Of a stretch of 64,000 nucleotides of DNA, positions 9,896 through 22,739 are shown one piece after another. Both the position numbers and the translations under genes were made by a program. Numbering within the stretch: position 1 is the first letter of the stretch; each line of letters starts with the position of its first letter. Under the pieces are notes generated by a model. That model made no database searches, had not been told where the DNA came from, and worked only from the letters and a program-made list of their open reading frames with translations. Source of the stretch: Monocercomonoides exilis PA203 (lineage: Eukaryota > Protista > Preaxostyla); NCBI GenBank assembly GCA_001643675.2, contig LSRY02000003.1, positions 124,001 through 188,000 of the forward strand, read 5' to 3'.

Positions 9896-12499
9896 TATAT
9901 TTTTTTGTTTCTAAAACAATAATTCTTATAAAACATTTTTCCAGATGAAATTTGCATTTTTGCATAGAGTTATATTCAAGTGTACCTCAAAATTTGAACT
10001 ATTTTTATTTGATAAGGCTTAATGTTTTCCAGCATTCTATCATCAATTCACTAATATGTTGACAACATTTTATGTTCATATTTTTTCTTTTTTGTAGTTT
10101 TCTTTCTCAAAAATAATTGTCCACTAATTGAAAGTGTGGATATGTTTTTTACGAAAATAATATAAATAATTATCAATTTTCATTTTTAAGGTTTTTTAAT
10201 TTTTGTTAAAGTGCAACTTGCAATTGTAAGATTTCGAAACAGATAAATTCAAGAATTTTAATGATGTTTGAAAAAAGTCTGATGAAAGTTTTGTTTTGAA
10301 TAAAAAAACCGTTCATTAATTTTTTGTTTTTATCAACAGGTCATTATTCACATCACACATTCATTAAATTTCAATGTTTGATTTTTTTTTGTTATTTATT
10401 CCTGTATTCAACGAAAAAAGCAGGAACCCAAAAAGAAACATTTTGCAACATTTTCAAATATATGGAACAAAATTATTTGATTTTCAAAATTTTGTTCCAC
10501 GCAGCGCTTCCAAATATTTTTCTCGACTTTCTCATATTTCTATGTTTTATTTTGTACGAGAATGCAAAAATACAGATATAGCATGAAATACAGGACATCG
10601 CACTTAATTCCGGACAAGATCATTTTCTCAACAACAACTCAAAGAGAAAACTTGATAATATTCCTCAAAACACATCTCATCAATACAAACTCAATTAATA
10701 CGCAAGGCTTTCAAAATAGCTTCATTTGTGCTCAGAAATAATTATTAAGAAATTCAAAGAGAAATAGGATTTGGGTTTCTCCAAAATTTCAATTATTGCA
10801 TTTAACAATATTCAGTCTGCACGAAAATGAATGTCCGGTTTGCCAAATGAGTTAGCTTTATTAAGATATATTTTGAATATCAGCTTAAAAAAAGATCAAG
10901 TTGTTTATTTTAGTCATTCAAAAAACTACAAAGGAGTCATTTTCTCATTGAATATTAACTAAACATTTCCGTTTTTCAAATAACTTCTTTTATTATCAAT
11001 TATCAAATTTAATGCAGTGAGTGCAGTCGCCAAATATTAATTGTCAGTATCTGACAGATGATAAATAAAAATAAAATTCGCAAGAGCTCTGTTTGCAGAA
11101 AAAGAAAAGAAAAGAAAAGAAAAAAAAAAGAAAAAAGAAAATACTTGATTTTAAAAATCAATTTGCACTTCATATCTCCTGCAATAAAAATAAAAAAAGT
11201 TTCTTGCACTAATCTTTTTCATCAAAGGTGGAAGGCCTGTAATTTATTTGTTTATCATTGCATATATAATCGCTCAACAAAAATGTTCGACCTGAAACTC
11301 GCGGCTATAAAAAAAAGACCCATTTGTTAGAGTTTTCAGATTCCTGCAAATCAAATTTTCACGGTGCGTCTTGCCTCACATCCTTATTGCAGCAGACAAT
11401 CTGAATTGCATCTATGAAAAGATAATGCGGCTGAGTCATCCTGCTTTGCTCAGGCAAGAACTCAGAACTTTCGCTTTATTTAAATGACAGAGGAGTTCAA
11501 CAATGTTGGTTTTATAATTAAAACAAGAAGGCATGCTCATGTCTATCCAGGGTTTTAAAGAAATGACATGGGAGGAAATACGAACTTTCAAGCTTTTTTT
11601 GCACAAAGTGCGAAAAAAATTGTCACTCTTGGGTAATTATTATTGAAATCATAACTTTTTTCGGTGTGTTTATTTTTCAAAGGTTGTTTGTCATAGGGAA
11701 GAGTTTTAGTATTTTTTTGTATGTTTTTATCACAACTGCATTAAAAATAAATATTTATGCTCAAATAAAGATGTTGATGTCTTCAATAAACCTTTTCATT
11801 TTTTTGTGCTCTTTTATTGATATAAAAGTAAAAATTTTTGAACCGAAAATTTTAAAAGAAAAATTATGTTTTCAAAAATTATTACCCACTTATAACTTTT
11901 CTAGACTTTATTTGATTTCAGAATAAATTGGATTCTTATATCAATAAACCGGTATCATTGATATCACTGCACAATGTTTTGTGACATGTCGTATTTTTTT
12001 TTTCTAGGTTCCTTTTGTTTTATTTTCAAATTTAATAAATATTTCACATTTCTATCATATTTCTTGTCCCGCTCACAAAACTTCACCAAATTGAAAATAA
12101 TAACATTTTAAAAGTTTTTCTTTTATGCCAGTTGAAGAAGATCAGCTGGTTCAGAAATTTGATTGAAATATGAAATTTTCATTTTTTGATAATTAAACAA
12201 AATGAACTTTTCGAAAAAAATTTGACACATCACATATATTTGGGTAATTCTTTTTGAAAAGTCACAAATGTTTTATTTTCTTATAAATCAATAATTTAAC
12301 ATTTTGCTCAAATTTATGATAACGTACACGAAACTTCACTGACATGGAATCTATTTCTGGATAATGCTATTTCAAACATTCTGAAGAAAATTCGTGAGTG
12401 GATACAGAAATTTGAGCAAAATATGAAATTTTTGATTTATTTGATGATTAATTATTTGCGACTTTTCAAAAAGAGATACCTATTTCAAAAAATGAAACC

Positions 12500-12790
12500 A
12501 TTTCATTCATATGGGGGAAAATTCGGACTTTCAATCATTTTTTGCACAAATCTTTAAAAAATTGCTTTTCTTATAACTTTTTATCGCTTTCTCAGATTTC
12601 AAAATATATTTTATTTTTTTTATCAGCAAACAAACCTAATCAATATTATTGAAAAAGAATTGGAACATTTCACGAATGTCGAAAAATGGACCCTTTTTAA
12701 GTGTGTATTTTTATCTCAAAAGTCAATGAAAAGTTCTCAATTTTTCAATGTTAATGCCTGAAGCAAAATGTTTTGTCCCATATCTTTTGA
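12500..12790 (+). repeat. ~290-bp dispersed repeat, copy A (partial copies near 11565-11625 and 11885-11990)
   Basis: Aligns by eye to the reverse complement of ~36510-36800. Shared blocks include ggactttcaa, tcgctttctcagatttcaaaata, aacatttcac.aatgtc.aaaaatggac and aaaagtcaa.gaaaagt. Confidence 0.75.
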
Positions 12791-12808
12791 AAGAATAACT
12801 CAAGGAAT

Positions 12809-13760
12809 ATGAGTGGTAATGAATCTGTTAATAATTGTCCTTTGCACAGAATATTTTGATGAACTTTGGTGAGTCTTTCGAATGTGATGTGGATGAAGCG
12901 TGAAGAAATGATTCATGTGGAACATAAGGTATTTGATTCGAATTGATTCCATTAACTTCATTGTTGAAAGCCAAAATTGCAGACGAAAAAAACTATTGCA
13001 CAGTGGGATCAATATGTGCACTCTTCTCATGCAAAGCACCTCCTATTTCGATTGTCTTTTTGCGTTCGTCATCGCTGAGCGCGCAAATAGCGGCAATAAG
13101 TTGGATTTTTCTTTGAAGACTTACTCAAATTTGCTTATATTCATAGAATCCCAAGACTTGTTCCTTTTGTTGATTGGTTGTGCTCCTCTTCAGAAAGCCT
13201 AAAATTCACAGGAGAAAAAAAGAGGGTGTGACAGCACTGTGCACACGGACCTTCGTCTGAATACTGTTTCCTTCAGCACGAACAAGTGCGCCTTATATAT
13301 GAGAAGTGGCAACAGGCGCAAGCAAGGAGTTATTGCACAGATGTTGGACACAAAGCGGTAAGGAGGATAAAAGCTCGATTCGACGAGGAAAGTTATCACC
13401 AACAACAGAATAACCGATGCAGATGAAGCTCAATCAATCTGTCCGGAATAAGACGCAGAGATGAGAGCAGAAAAGAATGACTGACGATATTGTGGTTGTT
13501 GCCTAATAAGAGCCGCTGGAGGCAAGAGTGAAGAAACCATGATTTGACCCAATTTGAACGAGTTCAAATGCCTTGATGGAAAGTTTTGTATGGGTTTTAT
13601 TTGGATTTATGTCCAACATGCCTCTCCAGAACGATGTCCAAGGATGTGAAACCAACAAGCACACACTGATTAATTGAATATTGGGTTTGATAAAAAACAA
13701 AGAAAACTTGGTTCATTTGAAGCACAGAATATAACTTGAAAACATTCTAATGAAGAGTTG
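12809..13760 (+). pseudogene. Possible decayed coding sequence of unknown family
   Basis: Island richer in GC than its flanks. One frame reads as protein-like across scattered stops (GFFFEDLLKFAYIHRIPRLVPFVDWLCSS...QVRLIYEKWQQAQARSYC...LDLCPTCLSR). No family recognised. Confidence 0.3.
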
Positions 13761-14849
13761 TTATCCTGTCCATTTGAGAAAACTCTGTGAACAAATCAGA
13801 AGATGAAAACCTCAAACTGCACAATTAATGCCGTTTTTTTATTGAATAATAATAAAGAACACATTCCACGTTCAAAAGAAGAAGAATCCATTTAACAGTC
13901 AAAACAAATCATTTGACTTTTGTGACTGAACTCCGAATGATTTCAGATATTTTCTTTTCAACTACTAATACTCTTTTCAAAAACCATTTTCTTCTTTAAA
14001 ATATTAGTCACTCTGACTGAACTGTGGTGGAATGTTTCAAGCATATTGATGAGAAAATCTTGGTTTTCAAGCATTGTTTTTTCATAATCACTTTTTTTTA
14101 GTCATTGTTAATAACATAGAAATGAACAATATGTTTTTGTTTATCCATTTCCTTTTTCGATGTTGTCATATTATAAACTTTTTGATTTTTCAAAGGTTCA
14201 TTATTTTGTTTTTTCCTAATGCTATATTAAGAAGCAACTCAAGAAAAAAGTTCATCCTATAAATTGAAACAAGTGAATAGTCAAAAAATGATACAAAGTC
14301 CAAGCATCATTTATCCAATATACTTCAGCTCATAACATGAAACTAATGAGACTTAGGATAATCCATGTGGATAATTTTTAACAAATTATTTCTCTTGAGT
14401 TAATTTGTTCTTTTGAAACAAGAAAACAAAAAGCCATTCACCTTTGGCTTCTCAAATTTATTCATCCAACAGTTCAGATGACTATCATTCCTGTATTCAT
14501 TTAATCTGCATGTCAGCATTGTTTGAAACGTATTCGTTAACCAGTTCGTTGCAAGCATCAGTAGTTGATACCTTTACGCTTTGAGTCAATAATTCATGAA
14601 GAAATAGAAAGAGTTGATTCGAATGAATTTACAATTCCCATCTCCCTGATGGATAGTGCAATCACTGATCAGATTTCCCACGTTGTGACAACTCACAAGT
14701 TCACTTCCAAAAGAAAAAAACACAAAGAAATTGATATTGGATCAACTGAAAAAAAACGAAAGCTTACAGATTTTGATTCGCTTCAAAAAAGTTATGATTG
14801 GCCAATAAAAAAAAATAGAGAGATATGAAACATTTTTTGAAGGCAATGT

Positions 14850-15990
14850 GAAAAATCCATGAACATCCGGACTCATTTGTGATCAATATTTTTATGTTGA
14901 CAGGAATGAACATTTACGTATTTCCACATCAACAATAATCAAATTGAACAATCCGATCAAATCAGAAATGAAATCAGGTGCAAAAAGAGGATTTTAACAA
15001 GCTTTCACTGTTCATCATAAGCTTCGTATTTATTTGAAATTGCTGTCCAGTTCAACGAATGTGAATAGAATTGCTTTGTGTCTTGGGACTTCTCAATCAT
15101 TGGTGAGCAAAAGCATTGCTGAAATTCGTTTTTTTCTGTTCACAGTCTTGGAAAAGATGTTTTCAAGCCCTCCAAGACATCCGGATGAAATGAACGAAGA
15201 TATTTTTTGAAAGCCATTACTCGTCGATACCACAACCATCGAAATCCCAATGCCAGATGTTCCAAACGAAGAAAGAAAATATTTCAATGACATTTATCAC
15301 AACACAATTTGCAGGAAAGTTGAAAACGCAGTTTCATCATTACCAACTTTCAAAGCATTGATTATTAAAAACGCTGTGACAGGAGGTTTGCATGATGCAG
15401 TTAAATTTCTTAAAGGCATGAACAAAAACACAGAGCACATCAAAATGACGGATGAAGAGAAAAGAATATCATCAAAAGAGTTAAATTTTCACAGATGGGC
15501 AATAGTGGTAAATAAATGTTTCCGTGTGATTTCACTGAATAACGCTTAAGTACACCAATAAAGAAAAATATAGCTGATAAATTTCACAAAATGCAAGCAG
15601 AGTCGCAAATTCAATGTTTAACAATTGAATCAAATGCAGTTACTTCAAATTTTTCAATTGCTTTAATTTCCTCACCTTCACCTTCTCATTCATCATCTCC
15701 ATGCTTTTCCTCTCCTTCAAGTTTATCTGAGATAAGCTCTTTATCGTCCAGTTTTGAAACATCTTTCTCAAAAAGCTCACTATCGATTGAAGAGTTTAAC
15801 AAAAGGATTGCCAAATGCCATGTTCCAGTCGAAAAGTTTTTTGGACGTTGAAAGAAATTATAGCTTTGATTTTCAGAAAAATACACTTGTGGAATCTAAT
15901 GTCTCTCATCAGATTTTAAAATAGCTTGCTGGTCAACAAATATAGTGATTGAATATCAAAATTTGGAACACTCTGATGGAATATGGGTGA
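14850..15990 (+). mobile_element. Decayed DDE transposase of the PIF/Harbinger-ISL2EU (IS5-like, DDE_Tnp_4) type
   Basis: Manual translation through stops and frameshifts gives, in order: FMLTG; HTH region KLRIYLKLL...RIALCLGTSQSLVSKSI; first Asp LLVDTTTIEIPMP...KYF...KVENAVS; GGLHD; WAIVVNKC (degenerate WAxLxDKG); FNKRIAKCHVPVEKFFGR*KKL (catalytic Glu motif); ACWSTNI. No TIRs identified. Confidence 0.8.
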
Positions 15991-16823
15991 TTATTTTTTA
16001 TATCATACATTTTTTCGTGGTGTTGATTTTTCAAAGATTTTTGATTTTTTTAAAAAGTTATTTTTTCTTTAAAAGGGAAAAAAGCAAAATAATTGTTTTT
16101 ATTTACAAACATTTTTGTTCAATCAAAGATTAAAATGATTACATAAAGCCTTATCACTTTTCAATTTTTTTTATTGATATTCAAGAAATAATATCGCACC
16201 GAAATTTTTGAATGAAGAAAATATGATTTTAAAAATAATCACCTATATTTTATCAATAAGTCACAACATTTTCCTGGAGAAAGGAAACTCAACAACAACA
16301 GATAAGAAAAATTAATTCAAGAGATTGTGCACAAAGAAAACTCGTCAGAAAATCATCAAATTGTGAGTAACAATTCATTTGATGATGATTTGAAGAAACA
16401 AAATTGGTATTTCAATAATCATTTATGCTTGACAAAAGATTTGATAATTTGGAGAAAAATGAATTCTCACTGATTCTTTTTTTTTTTTTTTTTTTTCATA
16501 TTCAAATATGGATGAAAATTATTTCAGTTTTTATTGTTCAAAAAAAGAAATTCAATAAATCTTTTGGAAAAGAAGCAAACAAATTCAATATTTTTTTTAA
16601 AGATAAAAAGATTTACAAAAGACTAATTTTCCATTTTTAATTCGATTTCAAATTATTTTTTATTATTCCATTGCCTCCTTTATTTTTCAACTTAACAAAA
16701 TCATAAAAGAAACCAATTGAAATTACAAATGAGATATTATTTTCATCACTAAATGATTTGACAAAAAGTTATTCTTTTCAACTTTCGAGCTTTTGATCGA
16801 TCAATCCCATAATAAAATATAAC

Positions 16824-16932
16824 TCAAATAAAGGACTCAGTTTTCAAATAAACCGGGTTTATTCGAATAAACCCGGTTTATTTGAAATAAAGGCTATTTA
16901 TTCGAATAAACCATTTTTATTCAAAATAAAAT
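16824..16932. repeat. ~20-bp degenerate tandem array containing a 46-bp perfect palindrome (16842-16887)
   Basis: tttcaaataaaccgggtttattcgaataaacccggtttatttgaaa is its own reverse complement. The aataaa core recurs about six times at ~20-bp spacing. Confidence 0.9.
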
Positions 16933-17001
16933 ATCTTATCCAAATTTCATCCATTTAAAAACATTTTTCACTTAGCATGTGAAAAATTAAAAAGAAGTCC
17001 A

Positions 17002-18858
17002 ATGATGAAAGTTAGAGTTAAGAATAACAAAAATTTTGATGATGAAACATTCAGAATTAATAGCGAGTTTAATGTGATTGAAGAGATTGAGGTTCTGAAA
17101 AAAGGTAAATTTGATTGTTGTTCAAAGTTAAGGCGAATTATTATTTTATAAATACTTTAACATTTCAATTAGAAATCATGACGAAAGAAGGAGAAAAGAT
17201 GAAGCGGTCGCTGATAAGGCTTTATCATCTTTCGAAAATTGTTGATCCAAGGGAATACGCAATTAATGATTGTTTTTCGGATGAAAACTTCACACAAAAA
17301 TTGGAAAATGATTGTGGATCTTTTCTAAAACCCATCGAACTTGCAGCAGCGCGTGTACTCGGACATATTAGCAGGATTCTGTGTTTTGGAGGAGGCGATG
17401 AAGGAAATGAATTGCCCTCAAATACTGATAATCTTTCTGAATCAACAAAGCTTCTCGTAAAATCTATACCATATTTTTCATCAGAAGATAGATATGAAAC
17501 AATTGAAAACGAACTTTCAGCTTTGGGAAAATGTAATGATGAAGATATTTGCACTTTCACAACAGCATGTCTAAGACCGTATTCTGTAGATTGTGGTTTG
17601 CCGTAATGCAAAATACACATTTTCTTTATTCAAAAAATTTATTTCATTCATTTAAGGAGCAACTCCACTTATTGGATACGAAACTCCAGCAAAGATTTGG
17701 AAGTGGCTTTATGGATATTTATCCAACAGCAATATTTCAGTCATAGCAGATGCTTTACAGCCTGCCAAAAGTTTTTGTTCTTTAGAAATCAGTCTGAAAC
17801 TAGGCAAAGATGTCAAAACCAACAACTTTTTAGCAGTTGATTCATTTCTCCAAGCACAATATCATCATAATTCTCCAAAATTGCCATTTGAAGTGGCCAA
17901 TTGAGGATCTTCTTGCTGGATTCCACCTGCATATCCTCGGGGTCCGATTTGCTCGGTTGCAATCAAAGCATTCAGATGTCTGTGCCATTTTACAGAAAGT
18001 TGCGAATCAGTTTTCACTCAGCTTTTCACGCTTCGAGATAGAATTGTGGAGAACGTGTTGAGTTATTTGGATTCCAGCTGGACAGAAGACGAATGGAAGG
18101 CCACCTTTGCATGGAGTGAGTTTTTTGGAACGGATTGCATCGACATATACTCTTCAGGCGGAGCAAACTTCCAGAAAATGGAGGACGGGCTGTTTTGCGA
18201 AGAGGAAAACATCAAGCAAATGATCTCAAAGTTTCAGACAGCGGATGTTATATTTGTTGGATTTTGGTTGTCAAAGCAAGTTTATGAAGTCATTACGAGA
18301 ATTGCCAAGAAAGATTTGCTGAGACAAATAGCATCGTTGATGTGCAATGCAACAAGGGATAAATTGCGATCGGAAAGTATGGCAACGCTTTTATATCCAT
18401 ATGCTTCGTTGTCGTCAAGTGCGAAAGTTCGTCAGCTTCACAGAAACAAGAGCAATGGGCAAAATTGTAAGATCGAAGAAAACAAATGCCTTCCTCAGCC
18501 TCTGCGAGGAAAGCTGCTAGCTGTTTTAGTTGAGGCGTGCGAGGAAGAAGGTGTTATTGACTTTGCCTACGCTCAGATTGCTCCCGTCACTTCGGAACAT
18601 GCCCGTTCTTTTGAAGCAAAGGAAAGTGAGAAAATAAGAAGAAGATTGAAAGCTAAATGCGATCCAAAAATATGTCCAGTTTGCGCTCTGCTTGAAAGCT
18701 CAGATACTGAAGATGATGGAACTGATCCAGATACTGAGCCAGACTCTGAAGAAGATGAAGAAGATGAGAAAAAGAAGAAAGAAGAAGCATCAATGAAGCA
18801 TTTTAATGAAAGAAATAAAATGATGTATTATAAAAATGATTCATCTCAGTTTAAATAA
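17002..18858 (+). CDS. Three-exon hypothetical protein with one in-frame TGA (17902-17904); recent pseudogene or recoded gene
   Basis: Exons 17002-17104, 17173-17595 and 17657-18858 are joined by phase-compatible GT-AG introns. Exon 3 is open apart from aat-TGA-gga. The C-terminus has CPVC and an acidic tail. Confidence 0.6.
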
Positions 18859-19079
18859 AAGAAAAGGAATATACAAGTTTTTTTTAAAAAATACGAGCAG
18901 TTTTGAAATTTAGAGAAGCTTGACTTGCTATGGATGAAAACTTCCTGTTAATTAGGAATCATTGAATGAAAAATGATTCAGAAAAAATACACTTGAAGTT
19001 ATTACCAAATAGAAGTGTTTTTGTGATGAATGAAAAAAGTTATCTATTTAATATGTTCTTTGATTTCGCTTTTCAACAA

Positions 19080-19152
19080 GCCTGGTTAGCTCAGTCGGTA
19101 GAGCGTTGCTCTAATAAGGCAACGGTCGCAGGTTCGAGCCCTGCACTAGGCA
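19080..19152 (+). tRNA. tRNA-Ile (anticodon AAT)
   Basis: Cloverleaf: acceptor GCCTGGT/ACTAGGC, D arm GCTC/GAGC, anticodon arm TTGCT-CTAATAA-GGCAA, T arm GCAGG-TTCGAGC-CCTGC. A downstream T run fits a Pol III terminator. No encoded CCA. Confidence 0.96.
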
Positions 19153-19265
19153 GTTCCTTTTTGTCTTTTTTTAAAATTTGAAAAAGAGTTTTATTTATTG
19201 TGAAGAGTTATGAAAATCTTTTTTCTTCATTTGAAAAAAGATCAAATTTACCATTATAAGGTTTA

Positions 19266-22200
19266 ATGTCACAACTTCAATTTCAAGTTGTTTCATTTTC
19301 CAGCGAGGAGCCGTCTAGACAGGCTTCTAGTTTAGCATTACAAAAGCCGGGAAATTCTGGTTGGCAATCCGCTGTGTATGATTTATTATTTATTTTTACC
19401 TCAATTGGTGAATTGATTTTTTTTTATTTAGTAATTGCTCATATCCACAACAACTAACATTGAAGCTAACAGATGGACCGGCTCATTTAACATCATTATA
19501 TATTCTTTCACACGAATCGAAGATAGCATCTCGAATTGAACTTCAAGTAGGCTTACCTAAAAATGGAATTTCTGCTGAAACGCTTGAAGACTGTTCCTTT
19601 ATTGGACTTGGGTATGAATCACTTATTTAAAGAACACATATATCTGTTATTAATGTATTTATGAAGCCATACAAACCTTGAAACAAATGAAGGAAATAGT
19701 TTTAAATACAGTGAATTGAAATCTATAGACTTAAATTCTTACGCTCAATATGTTAGACTCATATTTCATAAAAATTATGTTAATCCCTTTAACACTGCTA
19801 ATCAAGTTGGAATCAGAGCTATCAAATTTGATGGAGAACCAATAGCTGGAAAAGAGGTAAACAATATTCATAATCTTTTTTTTTAAAAGAAACAAATAAA
19901 AAATTATTTTGTAAAATGTGATTAATGATGTTTTTTTGAAAAAAAACAATCAACGTCATTTTAATTTTAGACGCTTGTAAAGGGATTTAAAGCACTTTGT
20001 GCCCAAGCCAGCAGAATGAAAAGCACGACCGCCAAAAAAGTAACTCGAAACGCGGGCGGTGCAGACGTTGTCATGGACGAAGCGACTAAAAAGAAACTGG
20101 AAGAGCTGAACCGAAAGAAAAAAGAAGCAGCAGATGCAGAAGACTTCGATGCAGCGAAGAAGTGGAAGCAGAGCATTGATCGGCTGACTGAGCTATCCGC
20201 CGAGCTGTCAAAATTGGAGCAGATCAAAGAAAAAGCGAAGGCACTGGAAGACTTCGACACAGCAAAGGACGCGAAGATGAAGATCGACCGCCTGAAAGTG
20301 CAGGTCGAGGCGCTGTGCCGGGGAGAAGAGCTGCCTGAAGAGAGGGTGCCTGACCGAAGCCGCGAGGCAAGAACACGAGCAGTCCGTTCTGGTGCTTCTT
20401 TCGACAGCGACGAGACAGAGCGACCGCGAAGGGGCGGGGCGTCGTGGGGCGAGAGAGGAAGAGAGCCTTCTTCTTCTCCTCCGCCTGGTGCTTCAATGGC
20501 CACGCCGTCGCTGAACAGCACATCCAGCCGCATCTCTCCAGACAACGTGGGAGGCGGCCCATCGTTTTCTCCACCTTCCTCTCCTCGTTCTTCTTCCTCT
20601 TCCTCTTCTTCTTCATTTCACCAATCTTCTTCTTCTGCTTCTTCTGCTTATCCAGACACTTCATCTGTGCCAGCCACACGCGCTCCACCGAGGACACGTG
20701 GTGCTCCTCCGCCAAGACGCATTTCTTCACAGCCATCCTCTTCTTCCTCCTCTTCCTCCTCTTCTTCTTCATTTCCTCGTTCAACAGCAGAAGCATCGAG
20801 AGAACCAGCACGGGGAAGAGAAGAGGAAGGAGAGGAAGGAGAACAGGAAGGCGGGGGAATTGAAAGCGATCTGACAGGGCTTAATGAATATGAGAGGCAA
20901 ACAGCTGTGGCTAATAAGTCAGAGGAGGAAGCGGCACACGAGTTTGAACTGCAGCAGCAGAAGGCAAAGACAAATGAAGGTGTGTGAGAATAACAGAGAA
21001 ACGAAAGATTGATTTAGAATTTTTATTTTTTTTTTAACAATTTTTATCTTGTTTCACTTTCATAACAACTTCATTTTCTCTCCTTTTATTTTTCCATCCC
21101 CCCCCCCCCATTTGTTTGTTTGTATTTTCATTGTTTTCATATCTCAACCCATTCCGTTCCAGACGAAGATGCACCTCCGCTCAGCGACAAAGAGCGCACA
21201 GAGTATTCTTCTCTCGTTGCGCAAGTCGGCGAGCAGACGATGGCGCGGCTGCGGAGCAAGAACTGGGCACACCGCGAGATGGGGGTGAACGACATCATCG
21301 ACCAAGTGGCAGCACTGGGCGACAACAGCCCTGCCATCGACCGCATCGCCTCGACACTCAGCGCGTTCTTGCTGAAGATGATCGACGACAGGAATGCGAA
21401 CGTAGCAGCGGGTGTGGTGCAGCTGCTGGAGAGGCTGATTGAAGGCTGCTCTGAAGGAAGAGAGCGCACGGGGCTGGCTGAGGCGGCGCTGGGGAAAGTG
21501 TGCGGGCGGCTGGGCGATGCGCAGAAGCGGGTGAACGAGCACGCGCGAGACTTTGTGCTGTTCTGTGCGCACAGAGCAGTCCTCGGGCCGATGCAGACAG
21601 TGGCGAAGATGCTGAGCTCAGCACAGCCGCCGCTGGCGAAGTGGAAGGAGCACAACGAGCGGATCTCAGTCATAGCAGCAGTTGTGGATGAGAGCGGGGT
21701 GGAGTCGATTGGAGTGGAAGGGTATCTGAAGTATGTGGTGGCACAGATGTCGTCTCCCAACAGCGACGTGAGAGATTTGTGTGTGGCGCAGTTTGCAATC
21801 ATCTATCGGGTGCTGGAAGGAAGAGCGATGGCTGCAGTGGAGGCAGCGAAACTTCCCCCACAGATGATGAAGAAAGTGAAGGAGTCGATCGGAAAAGCAG
21901 ACAGCACCCCTGCTGCTCCTTCTGCAATTGGAGGAGGCATTCCGAGAAGAGGGCCAGGGGGGATGGCAGCATCGCCTGCTGCACCTTCTCCACAGGGAGG
22001 GAGAGGAGGATCGAGTGCCACACCAAACAGCGGAGGATATGGCAGAGGAGCACCAAAAGCAGCAGCAGGAGCAGCCGGAAGAGGCGCAGGCGGAGCTTCT
22101 GCTTCGACTCCTTCGCCTCAGGCAAAACCAAAAGTGACTCCGAAAGTGGCACCGAAAGCGACGCCCAAGCCGGCTGCTGCGAAAGCGCCTGTAGAAGCAC

Positions 22201-22739
22201 CAGGACCAGCGCCGGTGGCAGCAGCAGCAGAAGATGAGATGGGGATGGACGATGAGGAAGAAGAGGAGGATGTGGACTGGACATACTGCGAGTATTGCGG
22301 AGTGACGAATGCGAGCTGGGTGAAAGAGGATGTTATTCAGCACCAGACACACGAGTGTCCTTTCATCACGTCGTGTGACTATTGCGGCATGCTCATCCGG
22401 ATTGACGAGTTCACCGACCATCTTCTGTCACAATGTGAGTCCGGGAAGAAGTTTTCTGAGTGCCCGCGGTGCGGCGAGGCGGTGGAAGAGCGGCTGCTTC
22501 CTGCGCACATCCAGAAGAACAGCTGTCCTCTTTCGAAGGGAGAGGACTTTGCGCGCTGCCCGCTCTGCCATGCGGATATTCCGAACAGCCCCGACGGATG
22601 GGTCAGCCATCTGACGGTGAAGCCGGGCTGTCCAATGAACAAGAGGACGATGAAAAAGTGGGGGAGAGCACAGCAGCCGGCACCTGCGGCAAGTCAGGGA
22701 TCGGGTTTGAGTAGGATACCGAGGTTGTCGAAGAGATAA
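19266..22739 (+). CDS. CEP104: Centrosomal/ciliary-tip protein CEP104 homolog
   Basis: Five phase-compatible exons: 19266-19375, 19432-19611, 19667-19856, 19971-20979, 21163-22739. N-terminal jelly-roll motifs (GWQS..NCSYPQQL, SHESKIASRIE, SELKSI, IFHKNYVNPFNTANQVGI), EDFDxAK coiled coils, a TOG/HEAT region (SKNWAHRE) and C-terminal C2HC zinc fingers. Confidence 0.9.

Noticed and set aside
10000-16400. Alternative genetic code as the cause of the many in-frame stops
   Set aside because: Intact genes end in TAA, TAG or TGA and have long stop-free frames. The broken frames contain all three stop codons plus frameshifts, which indicates decay.
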